NCBI GenBank assembly: GCA_012295275.1
Contig: CM022679.1
Location: forward strand, 25,730,001-25,794,000
DNA from: Chrysomallon squamiferum
Lineage: Eukaryota; Animalia; Mollusca
DNA: 64,000 nucleotides
Direction: 5' to 3'
Positions 47,399-63,705 of the stretch are shown piece after piece. Both the position numbers and the translations under genes were made by a program. The notes beneath the pieces are model-generated. The model made no database searches. It was not told where the DNA came from and was given only the letters and a program-made list of their open reading frames with translations. Positions within the stretch are counted from its first letter, which is position 1. Each line of letters begins with the position of its first letter.

Positions 47399-50300
47399 TT
47401 GTTTTTGTTTTGTTTAGTTAATGAGTCTATTGAAAGTATGAATTATTACATGCACCAAACTTTTTATTTTGAAGCCACTTATATCAGGGATTCAAAAAGA
47501 GATTGCATGTGGTTTGCAACAGAAAATAAAAAGAATTAACATGCAGTTTCTGATGGAAACGTTTTAATATTTCCAAGTAATGATAATAATGATAAGTCAC
47601 CAAGAACAATAATCAATTTAATATATACAAATTTAACTAACTTTACAGGAGTAAAAAATTTACTTATTAAGCTGAAGTTAACAAATAGGATGAAATTTAA
47701 AAAATAAATTGTCGGTATAAAAAACTAATGAAAATAAAAATTGACAAATATAACAATTCATGATAAATAAAATATTGAAACTAACTCAGTAATGTAAGCT
47801 AATAGCAAATAAAAATATATACTTCCACAGTGATTTATAATTGCAATACTCAAATATTTTCATTATGGATCTGTTAAGCATCTGAAGGTATTGCTGATAT
47901 GTTGATGTTTTAATACCACCGATTTTGTTTTATTTCTTTAAATCTTGTTTTTATAATGATCATTATTATTAAAAATGAGAAACAGTAGATCATTTTAGTA
48001 GGTTATTTTAAGTATATAACAGATAAATGTACAACTTCGTATGAAATATCTTGACATAAAAAATTAAATAAATAAGTCTTTAAAAAGGAAAATCTGAATC
48101 AGTATTGAAAGTTCTTTATCAAAAGAACAGACATCATATTCATATTTACATGGCCTGTTTATCGTTTGCCCGGCGTTTCAGAAAAATTAAAACTGAATGC
48201 ATCAAAATACAATTGTTTTTATCATAGCCAAGTTATTTTGACTTTTAACCTATATAACATAGTTTATGTCTGATAAATAAAATACAAGAACGCTTTCTAA
48301 TCTACTGAAAGAAACTATTTGATGAAAATACAACAACATAATGAAAATTAAAAACTGTGATGATAAACGCTCGATACTGAATGACACTTTAATAGATTAA
48401 ACGCATGTTTTATAAATAAATATTATTTTTTAGTTTTGACACTTTGTCTTTGAGTTTGTCTGTGTACATTATGAAGTTAAGTTGGTGTTTGACAGCTACA
48501 TCGAGCGCTTGATGTTTCTGGGACGACAAGCTTCGCCAGTCGTATGAAACAGGGTGACCTGCCAAACCTAAGTAGTTCAGACAGTTTCAGTTAATCCTGT
48601 AGTGTATGTCTCGACAAGCGTTTTACTGAATACCTTTCAACAATTTGTTGTTCTGTAGCAATTTCAGACATTAAAAAGAAATACGAAACACTTTAAACTA
48701 ACATTCATTTGCCAATTCAGTCAAATTTTCCCGACACATGTTAATGTTGTCAGTCTCCAATACATCGAAAATGTGAACATAATTTAGTAGAGAGATTTCG
48801 TATTATATTTCATCTTTGTACTATTATTTAGTTTTTTATTATTTATAATTTATTATTTATTTAATTATTTTAATAAATACTTTCTTAAGTCTGAACATTT
48901 GTTTAACATTTCCTTAGATATGTTTTGTTGTGTGCTCTTAAATATTTTTGTCAAGAGTGGCCATCCTGACTGGAACACATGACTCATGAATTAATAATTT
49001 ACCAATATGAGTACTGTATTTACGGCATTTTTACCTCAATACAGACTGCAGAAATTTAAATGCTGTCCAGTAATATTTCGTTAGATCATTTCTCACTAAA
49101 CGACATGCGAACGTGATACCGTATACTTGAATGCGCATGTGTATAGGATAGTCAACCTGGCATTGTGAAATAGTTGATAGCTCTGAATAATAATAATAAT
49201 AATAAAAGAAGAGAAAAAAGGTATAGAAGAAATAACAAATTTTGTTTTGCCAATTAGTTTAGTAACTATCCATTAGTAACTATCCAAAAGATTAAAACGC
49301 ATTCAAGGATCAAAAATATTACTGATGTTGTATTACATAACAATAAATAATATAAAAAAATAATTACTTCACTTCACTTTTATAAAATTCTATTCCTATA
49401 CTTAATGTGATACTACAGTCTAAAGAAGAAGAAGAAGAAGAAGAAGATTATTCTTTTTAAAAACAAATAAACAAGTAAATAAATATTAAAAAAATAAACA
49501 ACCAAAAAAAAACATCTAGGCCTAAAAGGCCCATTGATATAAAATACCGCGAGATTACTTCCTTCTCTGTTATAACATAGAACTTCTAAATAGCTTTGTT
49601 TTACAAAATTAAACTAACGACTACTACCACCACTACTACCACTGCTGCTGCTGCTACTTCTGCCATAAAACAGTCAAGAAATAAACACATAAATAAAGAA
49701 ATAAATACATAAATAAAGAAAGAAAGAAAATTAAACAAATAAAAAATAATCCATCAGTAAATCCTTATAAAATTGGCTAAGAGGAATAACTCATACTGAC
49801 GTATTCAGATATTAAGGCAGAATTATTATTATAAATAATTCATTAAGAATAAAATTCAAGAACATAGAGATTTTAAAATGTTTAAAGTTTTAAATTATTT
49901 CTTCTAAATTTTGCATAAGCCTGTAGTTGATGAGTAATTTTTCTGATTGGCTTCTTGTATTATCTTTTCTGCTGCTTGTGGGTTGACAATTACTTAAGAA
50001 ATCAGCACAAAAAAATAAAGATGCATTGCAAAACCCGAAGTTAATTTTCCCAGAATGGTATGAACATCAAAGTATCCATTCTAATTTATATATTTTATTT
50101 TATTTATTTATTTGTTATATATTTTTATTATTTTTTATTATTACTTTTTTATGTATCTAATTGTTCAGTGAACTCAGTATATAGGAACTGTTTGACTGCT
50201 TGCTTAACTTTTGCTGTGTTGGGAGAGAAAAACAAAATTAAAACAACATTGTAGTATAATTATAATATTAGTCGTAAGTTGAGTGACAACGGAAAAATCA

Positions 50301-51734
50301 TAAGTTTGAAGGTTAAGGTTGACAATTCTTACTGTGAAAATATAATTTCAGATTTTGCATAAAATATTCTAAAATAAATAAATCAATAGAGAGGGAAAAA
50401 ATTATGTTTCAATCTATGTAGTTTACTGACATATCACCAGTTTATCAAACTCTATATAATATCCTTATATAAATAAATAAATAAAGAACTAGAACTATAT
50501 TAACACACATTTAAAAAATAAAATGGGATTTGTCATATAGACATTGTGATCAAGAGTTTAATAACGACGGTCTACTTTTGTTAATCCTGTTTTTCAAAAT
50601 GTTTCTTAGTTTTCACTGTAGAAGTTCATGATTTTGGCAGTTTTCATCATTTGTACAATATCTCGGCAATACACAAAGCCAGCGTACGGCAAAATGGCTT
50701 TTGTTGAAATTCCAGACACTGCCCTCTTCTGTTCTTCAAGAACAAGAATTTTACAGACTGTCATCTTTCGACAAGTTTGTTAGACCTATTTCAAATAATA
50801 ATAATAATAAGAAGAAGAAGAAGAAGAAGAAGAATAGAAGTAAAGTACAAAATTCTTTAACTATGTAACAAGAAAAAGAGGGAAAAGTGAGCTTTTTGAA
50901 GGTTAAATAAGACAGTAAAAAATGACCAAACCTTTCTATGAGCATGAAATTAAACATCTAATGAAAACAGGGCCTTTAACGAAATGGTTTATACAGACTC
51001 GTGCAATAAGAGGCTATTTGAGAAAAGTTTTATTCTTATGTTTATTTACAGTTCCTTGCAGTTTGATTCCTCGAGCATCGGGCTCCCTGTTGCGTAGATT
51101 TGTAAATTATAATCTTTACTGTAATGTAATTATGGTCAGTTATTTAACATATCCATCTCAGTTAATTTACTTTGAATACAAGTTTATAAAACCTATTTAT
51201 TGTCATCATTTAATTTCAACAGGAAAACCATACATTTTTGCAACTATTAATTCCGTTGTTCAAATGATCACCTTCTACATCAGTGATTCTAGCACTCGTT
51301 CGTAATTAAAAAGGAGATCTGTGTTTATTGTAATTAAAATGTTCTAGTGAATCTCCCACAAAAACAAAGTTCTATCAATAATCTTTCTTCTTTTTTTTTT
51401 TCAGTTTCTTTGTGGCGTTGAAACCAGAAATGTCGGCAGCATTATATTTACCAAGTTATTTATTTATTCAGTCCTTTGAGTTTTTGAAATTATATATAAT
51501 AAATGTAGAATAGAAATAATAAAATGCATACATATACATACATACATACATATATATATATATATAAACTGATTATCCCAATTGATTAATTGATTTATTA
51601 ATAAATATATTTTGACGGAAATAACTGAAATCCTTTGGCTGATCGTAAATGTGGTCACGTTGTCGCTGGACGATATGGAGAAAAAATGTAGAGATAAAAG
51701 CAACTTCCAAGTGATATATTTAAGTAAGATGATG

Positions 51735-51791
<57 letters not shown>

Positions 51792-51807
51792 CAATCAATC
51801 AAGATAA

Positions 51808-51846
<39 letters not shown>

Positions 51847-54600
51847 ATTATTGAAAAAAAAAGAAATAAAAAGAAAAAACAAGGCAACTTAGAACTTCGC
51901 CATGGGTTAAAAGTAAGATGAGCATTTCTCCCATGTTGCCCCCCCACCCCTGCGTGATCCCTGATGTTACTCACTTTATGTCCGATAAACAAAATAATAT
52001 GAAAATGCCTTTTCAAACTGATGAAAGAAACTATTTAATGAAAAAAATCATAATAACATAAAATAATTTTTAAAAACCCCAAAAATTAAAAACTGTGATA
52101 ATAATAAACTCTCCAGATTGAGTAACACTGTAAGAGTTTATAAAACGTATAACTTGATGAATATGATTTTAAAATGTTGACGCAGTCTTTGAGTGTTTCT
52201 ATGTTCATAATGAACTGAAGCTGACGTTTGACTGGTCTTTGTGGGACGACAAGCTTCGCTGAAGCAATTGAATCACTGATAAGCCGTAGGAAACAGGTTG
52301 AGTCGAAAAGCAAAGTAATTTACAAGTATTATGTAACTTATGTCTACGACAAACATTCTACTGAATATTTTGCTTCAGTTTGTTGTTCTGAAGCTGTTTT
52401 GAGATATACAAAAGAAGTAACCTGAGACTGTTTAAACTAACATTCATTTGTGAAACCAACCAATTTTTCCTTCTCATGATCATGTCATTAGTCTGCTATT
52501 CATCGATAATGCGAACACAATTTAGTAGAGAGAGAGATTTCACATTATATTTTATATTTGTATTATGTCTTAGCAGTATTTTATTTTATTTGAATTTTTA
52601 TTATTTTTTAAATAATATGTTTTCATAAATTTTAAAAGTTATTTATTTTGCTTGTCTGAAAATAATAGTTAATTATGTTGTTGTTGTTGGGTTTTTTTTT
52701 TTTTTTTTTTTTTTTAGGAACGAGGAGCAGCTGGGTTGACCTTCTTGATTGCTGTGCATGATTCATGGAATTAATATTTCAATGTGAGTAGTGTATTTAC
52801 TATGTTTACCATAATATATAAAGCAGCAGAAGTATAGTTTTACTACAGCGATATTTCGTTACATCATTTCTCACTAAACGATATACTAACGTGGTACTGT
52901 ACACATTAATGCGCATGTGTATTGGACACTTAACCTAAAATTGTGAGGTATGAAATAAACCAAATGAAATAACACTCCAGGGTGTATGTGATCTTTTGTT
53001 ACACAGTGAACAGTTGCTAGCATACTGTAATAATAATAATAAAAAGATGTGATGAGTCACATGCTTCCTCTATTGACAGAAACGTTTGGAAATCGAGTCC
53101 AGCTGTTTGGTGAAAAAAAATCAAAAAAAAACCGGAAGAAATAACAAATTAATTATCTATTTATTAGTAACCATCCTAAAATGATGAAAATGCATTCAAC
53201 GATCAAAAGCATTACTACAGTTGTATATTGTGTATTAATAAATAGATCATAGTAGAATGATTAATGACAATTTATTTATTATGTTTAATATGAAAACTGT
53301 TTTCAAAATGATCTTTTAAGATCTAAATAAGCAAAAAAGAAATAACGTTTAACTATGTATAATTTACATGTATTTACCGAAGTAAATTCAGTGTCCGAAA
53401 CAATAGAAGTTTATCTAGTCATCATATCTTGCCACTACGTACATACGTGTATAATACATGTAATATTATGGTGCAGTTGCTCCTTTCTGATTTAACGAAT
53501 AAACAACAATTTGTGAGCTGAAACTGAACGGACAGTATTGAGTCCATAATAAAAAAATCCAAATTTGAGAGCTCTAGATATTAATGTATTTTATGTGTTA
53601 ATAAAAATTAATAAGTTGTTATGCATAGGAGCTTCACAAAAATAAATTACAAATAATAAAATACAATTAATACAGATTGGAAGAATTTTAGGAAGAAATT
53701 ATTTTGCTATATGATTATTTTTTTCTTCCACGGTATTTTAAAACACATTTTCGACCTCAAGAAACATGATATAAGAAGATATCAACAACAACAACAACAA
53801 CCACAACCACAGCAGTAACAATATAAAACATTATATAAATAAATAAATAAATAATTCTGTATTATTTTCTACATGTAATATGAAGGATATTCTGTTAACT
53901 ACCTTATTGAAATCTACTAAATAAGAATGAAAGAAAACAAACGGAATAACAGTAAACTTAAAAGTAATTTTTAAAAATCCCTTAATAATAATAATAATAA
54001 AGATGATGATGATGATGTGGAAGTTGATAATAATAACAACAACAAAAAACCAATAATAAGAAGAACCACAGCATCAACAACTACAACAACAATAAATAAA
54101 TAAATAAATAAACAATTAAACAAGATTTACACATTTTGTCATATAGTTATTATGTGTCGCATATACGTTGTTCCCGGGAATAACTACCACTGTTTTACAT
54201 GAATAACAGCTCTTTGTATACGCATTTCTCCGAGAATCTGTGCTTATGAGTCACTTCTGACAAGTACGCCGAGGTATGAAAGAGACAAACACAACAAGGT
54301 GACCTTTTAAGGCTGTTGCATGATTTATATATTTTATTAAACCACTTAATGTACATAAATATCAGGTCGCAATGACCATTTTAAGTCGTTAAAGCACAGA
54401 CTTGTCGTAAGGACATCTCAGAAGGAAAAACAAACGAGAGAGACAAACATGAATCCGAATATTTAGTATTATTCTGTATTATTTTCTGCATGTAATATAA
54501 AGGATCATCGTCTGTCAAGCTACTTTTTAAAATCTGCTAAACAAGAATGAAAAGAAAACAAACTGAACAACAGCAGATTTAAATTAATTTTTAATATTCA

Positions 54601-54662
<62 letters not shown>

Positions 54663-55931
54663 TAATAATAATAATTACTGCAGAGTATATATATTTTGAT
54701 AAAACATTTAACCTATATAAACCAAATCTATTGTGTTAAATTTATACTATATGTGTAAGAACTCTTTACATATGTATTTCTCATTGAAATAAATGATAGG
54801 AACTGTATTGATAAGCTTTGTTTGTTAGTTGATCCTGACAACAGTAACCAACGATTCGGAGATACGAAAAAGAGAAAAATATTCGCTATTCTATTACATG
54901 ATCATGCATTGCAACTACATTTAAATCTTTACATACGATTATTTCTAATATTATTTCTAAATTATTTCTAATTATAAAAAATATTAAGACATTTTCACAT
55001 ATAAAAAATGTTTTTGCATAATAAATAAATAAATAAAATTAATAAATAATGAATAACTTCAAGTTTGAAGACTACAGGAAGATATGCATATTTTGATGAA
55101 GCACTTAATCTACGTATTTTGAAATTAGGTCCTGTTTTACTACGTACATTATAAAGTAAAGTTGACGTTTGACAAGCTATACTGAACGCTTGGTATTTTG
55201 GGGACGACATGCTTCATAAATCGTATGAAACAGGGTGGTTTGACAAACATAATAATTTAGACAAGTAATCCTGCATTTGATGTCTACGACAAACGTTTTA
55301 CTGAATAATTTGCTACGATTTGTTGTTCAACAGATGTTTTGAGGTATGAAAAAAGTATAAAAATTAAAATTAAAATTATAAAATATAAAGTAATATGAAA
55401 CTGTTATCAGTCTGCTATTCATAGAACATAATTTAGTAGAGAGAAAGTATTCACATTAAATTTTATCTTTATATTATAGCTTAGTTCTTTGTTTGTTTGT
55501 TTGTTTTGTTTTGTTTGTTTGTTGTGGTGTTTTTCGGGTTTTTTGGTGTTCTTTTATAAAAAATAATATCAAAAAGTTTATAATTTATTTATTTTGCTTG
55601 TCTGTAAATAATATTTTTCTTTTTGTGGGGGAGCATCTGAGTTGACCTTCCGGATTGCTGTACATGATTCGTGGAATTAATAATATTTCATTGACAGTAA
55701 TGTATTTGCTGTACTTACGTTGATACACACACAAAGCAAAAATATTATTGTACTATGGTGATATTTTGTTAAATCATTTCTCACTAAACGATATACGAAT
55801 GTGTTACCGTATACTTGAATGCGCATGTGTATAGTTAACTTAGTATTGTGAGATATGAAATAAACAAAATGAAATAGCAGTCCTAGATGTACGTAATCTG
55901 TTGTCACACAGTGAATGGTTGGTAGCATTCA

Positions 55932-55965
<34 letters not shown>

Positions 55966-56144
55966 TAATAAGTCACATGCGTCCTCTATTGACAGAAAGT
56001 TTTGAAAATTGAAACCTGAGGGAAAAAAAAAAAAATAATAATAATGAATAAAAATATTAATAAAAAAAAAATAATAATAATAATAATGAATAAAAATATT
56101 AATAAAAAAAAAATAATAATAAAAAAATAATAAAAAAAAATATA

Positions 56145-56187
<43 letters not shown>

Positions 56188-56696
56188 ACAAGGAACTGCA
56201 CACAAAAAGAAATAACTTTTAACTGTATAATTTACATGTATTTGTCGAAGTAAATTCAGTGTCCAAAACAACAGAAATGTATCTAGTCAGCATATCTTGC
56301 CACTACGTACATACGTGTATAATACATATAATATTATGGTGCATATGTTCCTTTCTGATTTAACGAATAAACAACAATTTGTGGGCTGAAATTGAACGGA
56401 CAGTATTGAGTCCATAATCAAAAAATCCAAATTTGAGAGCTCTAGATATTAATGTATTTCATGTTTCTAAATAATACTAAATGACAGATATTTTCAATAA
56501 TACCAATAATTCACATCATGCAATCAAGAATTTGTTAAAATATAAATCCAAAGTTTGTTTTCTAATAATTTTAATATCTTTGTCTGTTCAATTGGTGTAG
56601 GTAAATTTATTAAAAGTTAATCGATGTTCCTAATGCTAGAAAGAGAACCTGGATAAGACATTTTCACATACAAAAAAATATTGTTGTATTTAATTT

Positions 56697-56736
<40 letters not shown>

Positions 56737-56938
56737 GATTCATAGATGTTGTCTTAATGTTTCCGACTGCCAGTTTTTAAACTTTCTCACTAATCTCTCT
56801 CGAGGACAAACAAGCATACACATATATACATGTTAAAACATGTTAATAAAATAAAAGCAAAAAATATAAAATAAACTTTTAAAAATATTATAAAACTATT
56901 AATAAATAAGTAAGTAAGTAAGTCAGTGAATGAATGAA

Positions 56939-56977
<39 letters not shown>

Positions 56978-57086
56978 ATACAGTTTGGAAGAATTGTAGG
57001 AATACTTAATTTTGCTCTATTATATCGTTCTCTTCCACAGTATTTATAAACATCTTTCAACTAAAGAAACATTCTATTTCTTTAGC

Positions 57087-57117
<31 letters not shown>

Positions 57118-58331
57118 GTAACAACAACATTAGTTAAGGAATGAATGAATGAATGAATAAATTAAAGTATTAAATAATTAATAACTTGGAAGACCACTGC
57201 AAGAGTTACGTATTTTGATAAGGCCCTTAACATAAGTAAATAAAGCATGAATAAAGTTTAATTTATTTTTTTATTTCATTTTTTTTGTTTTGTTTTTGTT
57301 GCTGTTGTTGTTGTTGTTAATATCATATACGTCGTTCTGAACAAGTAGCAGTTAAATTGCTATATTATACTAGTTTACCATATTTCTTCGGGAAATAATA
57401 AAAATTGTGCTGAACCGGTTTGTTTATTAGTCGCCCCTGACAACTACTCCCAGATAAGAATGAGACAAAAATAATAAGGTGACCTTTGAAAACTTCGTCA
57501 ATATTTATATATTTTGATAAATTACTTAACCTACATAAATAAATCAGGTAACAATGATCACTTAGAATAGTTACAGCACAGACTTTCTGTTAGCACTTCT
57601 CAGACGAAAATGAAACAAAACGATAACAGTAACAGAAAAAAAGAAAAGAAGAAAGAAACAACAATGAGACTCACAAACGTAAATCCGCATTTTTGGCATT
57701 ATTTTTATATTATTTTAATATACATGATAAAAAGGATATTCTGTTAAGCTGACTAATTAAAATCTGCTAAATAAGAATGAAGAATACAACGGAATAACAA
57801 CTAACTTAAAAATAAAACCCTTAATAATAGCAATACAACTAACATAATTACTATTACGTTTGAAGGGTTTGCAACATTTTGCAGAATGTTTCATGTTATA
57901 TATAATATATTCATTGTCGAATATATTTTTTGGTTAAAAAGGTAGCAGTTCCCGAGAACCGAACACTACTTGTGTTCAATTCATAGTAAATGTGTAAAAG
58001 GCCTTTGTATACATATTTCTCCGGGAAATAAATAATAGCAATTATACTGAAAAGATTTGTTTACAAGCAACTCCTAACAACAGTAGCCAGCGACTTGGAG
58101 ATATGAAAAAGAGAAAAACGTTTCCGCTATTTTATTACATCATAATGCATTACAACTACAGCTAAATCTTTAAAGAAAAACTATTTTTATTAACAATATT
58201 AAGACAGGTTGAATAGGCTCTTCCATTATCCGAAATACTTCGAGCTGAAGCATTTTAGATTTCTGAATATAAGGAGCTAGCCTTATAATATGATACAAGC
58301 GTAAATGCAAAATCAATATATTTAAGCATCT

Positions 58332-58459
<128 letters not shown>

Positions 58460-58933
58460 GTGTATATATATATATGTATGTATACATATATATGAAGCCA
58501 GATGCTTAAAGATTTTTAAAGTATCTTGACACAAAAACATCACAAATTCGATCTCGATTGCATTTTTTAACTCATGATGATAGCATAATATTATAGACGG
58601 TGCTAAAATTAATGTAGAGAATTCTCTCTTTCCAGACATTCTTTCTTTTCTTTTGAACTATATTTCACTCAGCCACACTAATAACATCACAAACACGTAA
58701 CCAATACAGACATACCATTACTGTCCTGGTTCCTTAAGATAGCCCGGGTGACAGTCACGTTTGAGGAATTTCCTAAGTATTTTAATTCTAAACAAGAGAA
58801 GTAAACCTCTGAAGCCTTAATATTGTTTATATATATTTAGTGAAACAAATGATTATGCTGGGTGCTGAAGAAGTTCAGCTGAATCTCTGACATTTTCCAT
58901 TTACAGATAGACTGCAGACATTTTTATGTAATA

Positions 58934-59145
58934 TTGGGTTAAGAAATAAGTCATTGCGGTTCATAATTGATTCAAATTTTATTGCAGAGGCATCGAAAAA
59001 CTTGTTGACCGTTGGGAAGAAATGGTAAATAACAATGGAGAATAGATTATTGATTAAATTATATCTTGTTATCAATTAAGCTTAAGTTTTCTCCTATGTG
59101 ATGATTAAATTTAATTTAAACGCAGTGACTGATTCCTCAACCTAA
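58934..59145 (+). mobile_element. Mariner MITE (internal deletion derivative)
   Basis: TA-TTGGGTTAAGAAATAAGTCATTGCG ... CGCAGTGACTGATTCCTCAACCTAA-TA; encodes the mariner transposase C-terminus FYCRGIEKLVDRWEEMVNNNGE*IID*. Confidence 0.9.
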
Positions 59146-59429
59146 TATTTGTTCTAATTTTCTTCATAAAAGAAAGTTGTGTACGCTCGTAAACTATCGG
59201 AAGATCGGCACAATTAACATATACGCCATTACAAAGGCATGCATTTCTGGTTTCATTGGTTAACATTAATGTTTATGATAAAAAATCTAAAATTTAATAC
59301 CATAACTGATTTCAAAAATAAAATAAAATTTATTAACAGCAATTGATAGGAATCTTTTCAGCAAAATCTTCATTTTTACAGTAAACATTTTAATAATTCT
59401 TCTTGAGTTTCAGTCTGCTATATTCTTTA

Positions 59430-59908
59430 ATATAAATTAATAAGTTGATATGCATAGGAGCTTCACAAAAATAAATTACATATAATAAAATACAATTAAT
59501 ACGGTTTGGAAGAACTTTAGGAAGAAATTATTTTGCTCTATGATTATTTTTTTCTTCCGCGGTATTTTAAAACAAATTTTCGACCTCAAGAAACATGATA
59601 TAGGAAGATATCAACAACAACAACCACAACCACAGCAGTAACAATATATAACATTATATAAATAAATTATTCTGTATTATTTTCTACATGTAATATGAAG
59701 GATATTCTGTTAACTACCTTATTGAAATCTACTAAATAAGAATGAAAAGTAAACAAACGGAATAACAGTAAACTTAAAAATAATTTTTAAAAATCCCTTA
59801 ATAATAATAATAATAAAGATGATGATGATGATGTTGAAGTTGATAATAATAACAACAACAAAAAACCAATAATAAGAAGAACCACAGCATCAACAACTAC
59901 AACAACAA

Positions 59909-59943
<35 letters not shown>

Positions 59944-60432
59944 AGAATTAAACAAGATTTACACATTTTGTCATATAGTTATTATGTGTCGCATATACGT
60001 TGTTCCCGGGAATCACTACCACTGTTTTACATGAATAACAGCTCTTTGTATACGTATTTCTCCGAGAATCTGTGCTTATGAATCACTTCTGACAAGTACG
60101 CCGAGGTATGAAAGAGACAAACACAACAAGGTGACATTTTAAGGCTGTTGCATGATTTATATATTTTATTAAACCACTTAATGTACATAAATATCAGGTC
60201 GCAATGACCATTTTAAGTAGTTAAAGCACAGTCTTGTCGTAAGGACATCTCAGAAGGAAAAACTAACGAGAGAGACAAACATGAATCCGAATATTTAGTA
60301 TTATTCTGTATTATTTTCTGCATGTACTACAAAGGGTCGTCGTCTGTTAAGCTACTTTTTAAAATCTGCTAAACAAGAATGAAAAGAAAACAAACTGAAC
60401 AACAACAGATTTAAATTAATTTTTAATATTCA

Positions 60433-60473
<41 letters not shown>

Positions 60474-61840
60474 TAATAATAATTAGTATTATGTTTAAGC
60501 GGTATTGCAAAGTATTTATATTTTGATAAAGCATTTAACCTATATAAACCAAATCTATTGTGTTAAATTAAAAATATAAAATATAAAATATAAAGTAATA
60601 TGAAACTGTTTAACATTCGTTTGTGAAACCAACCGATTTTTCCTTCTCATGACCATGTTATCAGCCTGCTATTCATAGAACATAATTTAGTAGAGAGAAA
60701 ATTTTCACATTAAATTTTATCTTTGTATTATAGCTTAGTTCTTTGTTTGTTAATTGTGGGTTTTTGTTTTTTTTCGGGGTTTTTGTGTTCTTTTTTAAAA
60801 AATAATATCAAAAAGTTTATAATTTATTTATTTTGCTTGTCTGTAAATAATATTTTTCTTTTTATGGGGGAGCATCTGAATTGACCTTCCGGATTGCTGT
60901 ACATGATTCGTGGAATTAAAAATATTTCATTGACAGTATTTGCTGTACTTACGTTGATACTCAAAGCAAAAATCTTATTGGACAGTTAACTTAGTATAGT
61001 GAGATATGAAATAAACAAAATGTAATCTGTTGTCACACAGTGAATAGTTGGTAGCATTCAGTAATAATAATAATAACAATAATAATAATAATAAAATGTG
61101 ATAAGTCACATGCGTCCTCTATTGATAGAAAGTTTTGAAAATTGAAACCTGACAAAAAACTAAACAAATAATAATAAATAAAAATATTAATAAACAAAAT
61201 AATAAATAAATAAATAAATAAATAAATAAACCAGGAACTGCACACAAAAAGAAATAACTTTTAACTGTGTATAATTTACATGTATTTGTCGAAGTAAATT
61301 CAGTGTCCGAAACAACAGAAATTTATCTAGTCAGCATATCTTGCCACTACGAACATACGTGACTACATGTAATATTATGGTGCGTTTGTTTCTTTCTGAC
61401 TCAACCAATAAACAACAATTACATGACAGATGATTGTAATAATATCCCCACTAATAATTCAAAACGTGCCATCAAGAATTTGTTAACACATGAATCCGAA
61501 ATTTGTTTTCTAATAATTTTAATATCTCTGTCTGTTCAACTGGTGTTGGTAAATTTATTAAAAGTTAAACAATGTTCTGATTCCTGGAAAGAGCACCTGG
61601 ATAAGACATTTTCACATATATAAAAATGTTTTTCTTCAGTATATAAACCTTCTAACTCGTCTCTCTCTTTCTTTCTCAGAATCACACAAAATGGGCATGC
61701 ACATATAGACATTCGAAAAATTTTAATAAAAGAAAAGAAAAGAAAAGAAAATCCCATAAAATTAATTTGAAAAAATATTGTAAAATTAAAATTTAAAAAT
61801 AAATAAATAAATAAATAAATAATATTTATAGTTTGGGAAT
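59430..61840 (+). repeat. Direct repeat of about 53600-57000 (with deletions)
   Basis: ATGCATAGGAGCTTCACAAAAATAAATTAC and GACAAGTACGCCGAGGTATGAAAGAGAC occur in both, collinearly. Confidence 0.9.
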
Positions 61841-61854
61841 TTCTTTAGAAATAA

Positions 61855-63625
61855 CAAAGTCTAAACGCGAAACTGATATACATATCATATTTATTTTTTC
61901 TATACATAAATATCAAAATCAAAGATAATTTTTAATTTTTGATTATTTTATCTATTATTATTACTACTACTTTTTTATTGTTGTTGAGCTGATGAGACTA
62001 CCGACTCTGTGAATTACTATACGCACCAAACTTTATTTTGAAGACATTAATATCAAGGAATCTATAAGAGATCCCATGTGGCTTGCAACTGAAAATAAAA
62101 AGAATTAACATGCAGGAAACGTTTTTATATTTCCAAGTAATAATTATAACAATGGTATGTCACCAAGAACAATAAACAATTTATTATATACAAATTTAAC
62201 AAACTTTAAAGTGATACAGTAGTAAATAAATACAATTATTAAGGTTGAAATTATCAAATGGGGTGAATGTTTAAAAATACATTTTCACTGTTGAAAACAC
62301 TATTGAAAAAAATATTGATAAATATAACAATTCATGATAAATCAAATATTCAATATAAGGTAATTATAAATAAAATTATACTTCCACGGTGATTTATGAT
62401 TACAATACTAAACATTTTCATTATGAATCTGTTATGCATCTGAAGATATTACCGATATGTTGATGTTTTAATAGCATAGATATATTTTTTCTTCTTTTTT
62501 TAATGTTGTTGTTTATAATGATCATTATTATTAACAAATGATAAACAGTAGGCAATTTTAGTAGATCATTTTAAGTATATAACAGATAAATGTACAACTT
62601 TGTATGAAATATCATGACATAAAAAATTAAATAAATAAATAAGTCTTTAAAAAGGATAATCTGAATCAGTGTTGTAACTTCTTTATCAAAAGAACACACA
62701 TCATATTCATATTTACATGGCCTGTTTATCTTTTGCTCGGCGATTCTGAAAAATTAAAACTGAATGCATCAAAATAAAATTGTTTTATCAAGTTATTTTG
62801 ACTTTTAACCTTATATAATATAGTTTATGTCTGATAAATAAAATACAAGCACGCTTTCTAAACTAGTCAAAAAAACTATTTGATGAAAATATAACAACAT
62901 AATGAAAATTAAAAACTGTGATGATAATCACTCGATACTGAATGACACTTTAATAGTTTAAACGCATGTTTTATAAATAAATATTATTTTTTAGTTTTCA
63001 CACTTTGTCTTTGAGTTTGTCTGTGTACATTATGAAGTTAAGTTGGCGTTTGACAGCTACATTGAGCGCTTGGTGTTTCTGGGACGACAAGCTTCATCAG
63101 TCGTATGAAACAGGGTGACCTGCCAAACCTAAGTAGTTCAGACAGTTTCAGGTAATCCTGTAGTGTATGTCTCGACAAGCGTTTTACTGAATACTTTTCT
63201 ACGATTTGTTGTTCTGTAGCAATTTCAGACATTAAAAAGTAACACTTTAAACTAACATTCTTTTGTCAATTCAGTAAATTTTCCCCGACACATGATAATG
63301 TTGTCAGTCTCCAATACATCGAAAATGTGAACATAATTTTGTAGAGAGATCTCACATTATATTTCATCTTTGTACTATTATTTACTTTTTCCGTAAACAT
63401 AATTAATTATTATTATTTTTAATAAATACTTTCTTAAGTCTGAACATTTGTTTAACTTTTCCTTAAATATGTTTTGTTGTATGCTCTTAAATATTTTTAC
63501 CTGACTGGTACACATGACTCATGAATTAATAATTTACCAAAATGAGTACAGCATTCACGGCATTTACTTCAATACAGACTGCAGAAATTTAAACGGTGTC
63601 CAGTAATATTTCGTTAGATCATTTC
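61855..63625 (+). repeat. Direct repeat of about 47287-49090 (inverted relative to about 5670-7470)
   Basis: CAGGGTGACCTGCCAAACCTAAGTAGTTCAGACAG at about 48549 and 63111, with collinear flanks. Confidence 0.9.
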
Positions 63626-63627
63626 AT

Positions 63628-63705
63628 AGCAAAAAATCGACCGGGCGGCTACTCGTAACTAGAACATTTCGTAACTTGGGGAACTCATAAGTCGAGGTAC
63701 CACTG
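63628..63705 (-). mobile_element. Tigger left-end fragment (same family as 14863)
   Basis: ...AAGTCGAGGTACCACTG-TA terminus plus AAAAAATCGACCGGGC. Confidence 0.8.

Noticed and set aside
63038-63232. MSEIATEQQ... ORF family in the repeat units
   Set aside because: The copy at about 6088 has an in-frame stop and other copies shift frame.
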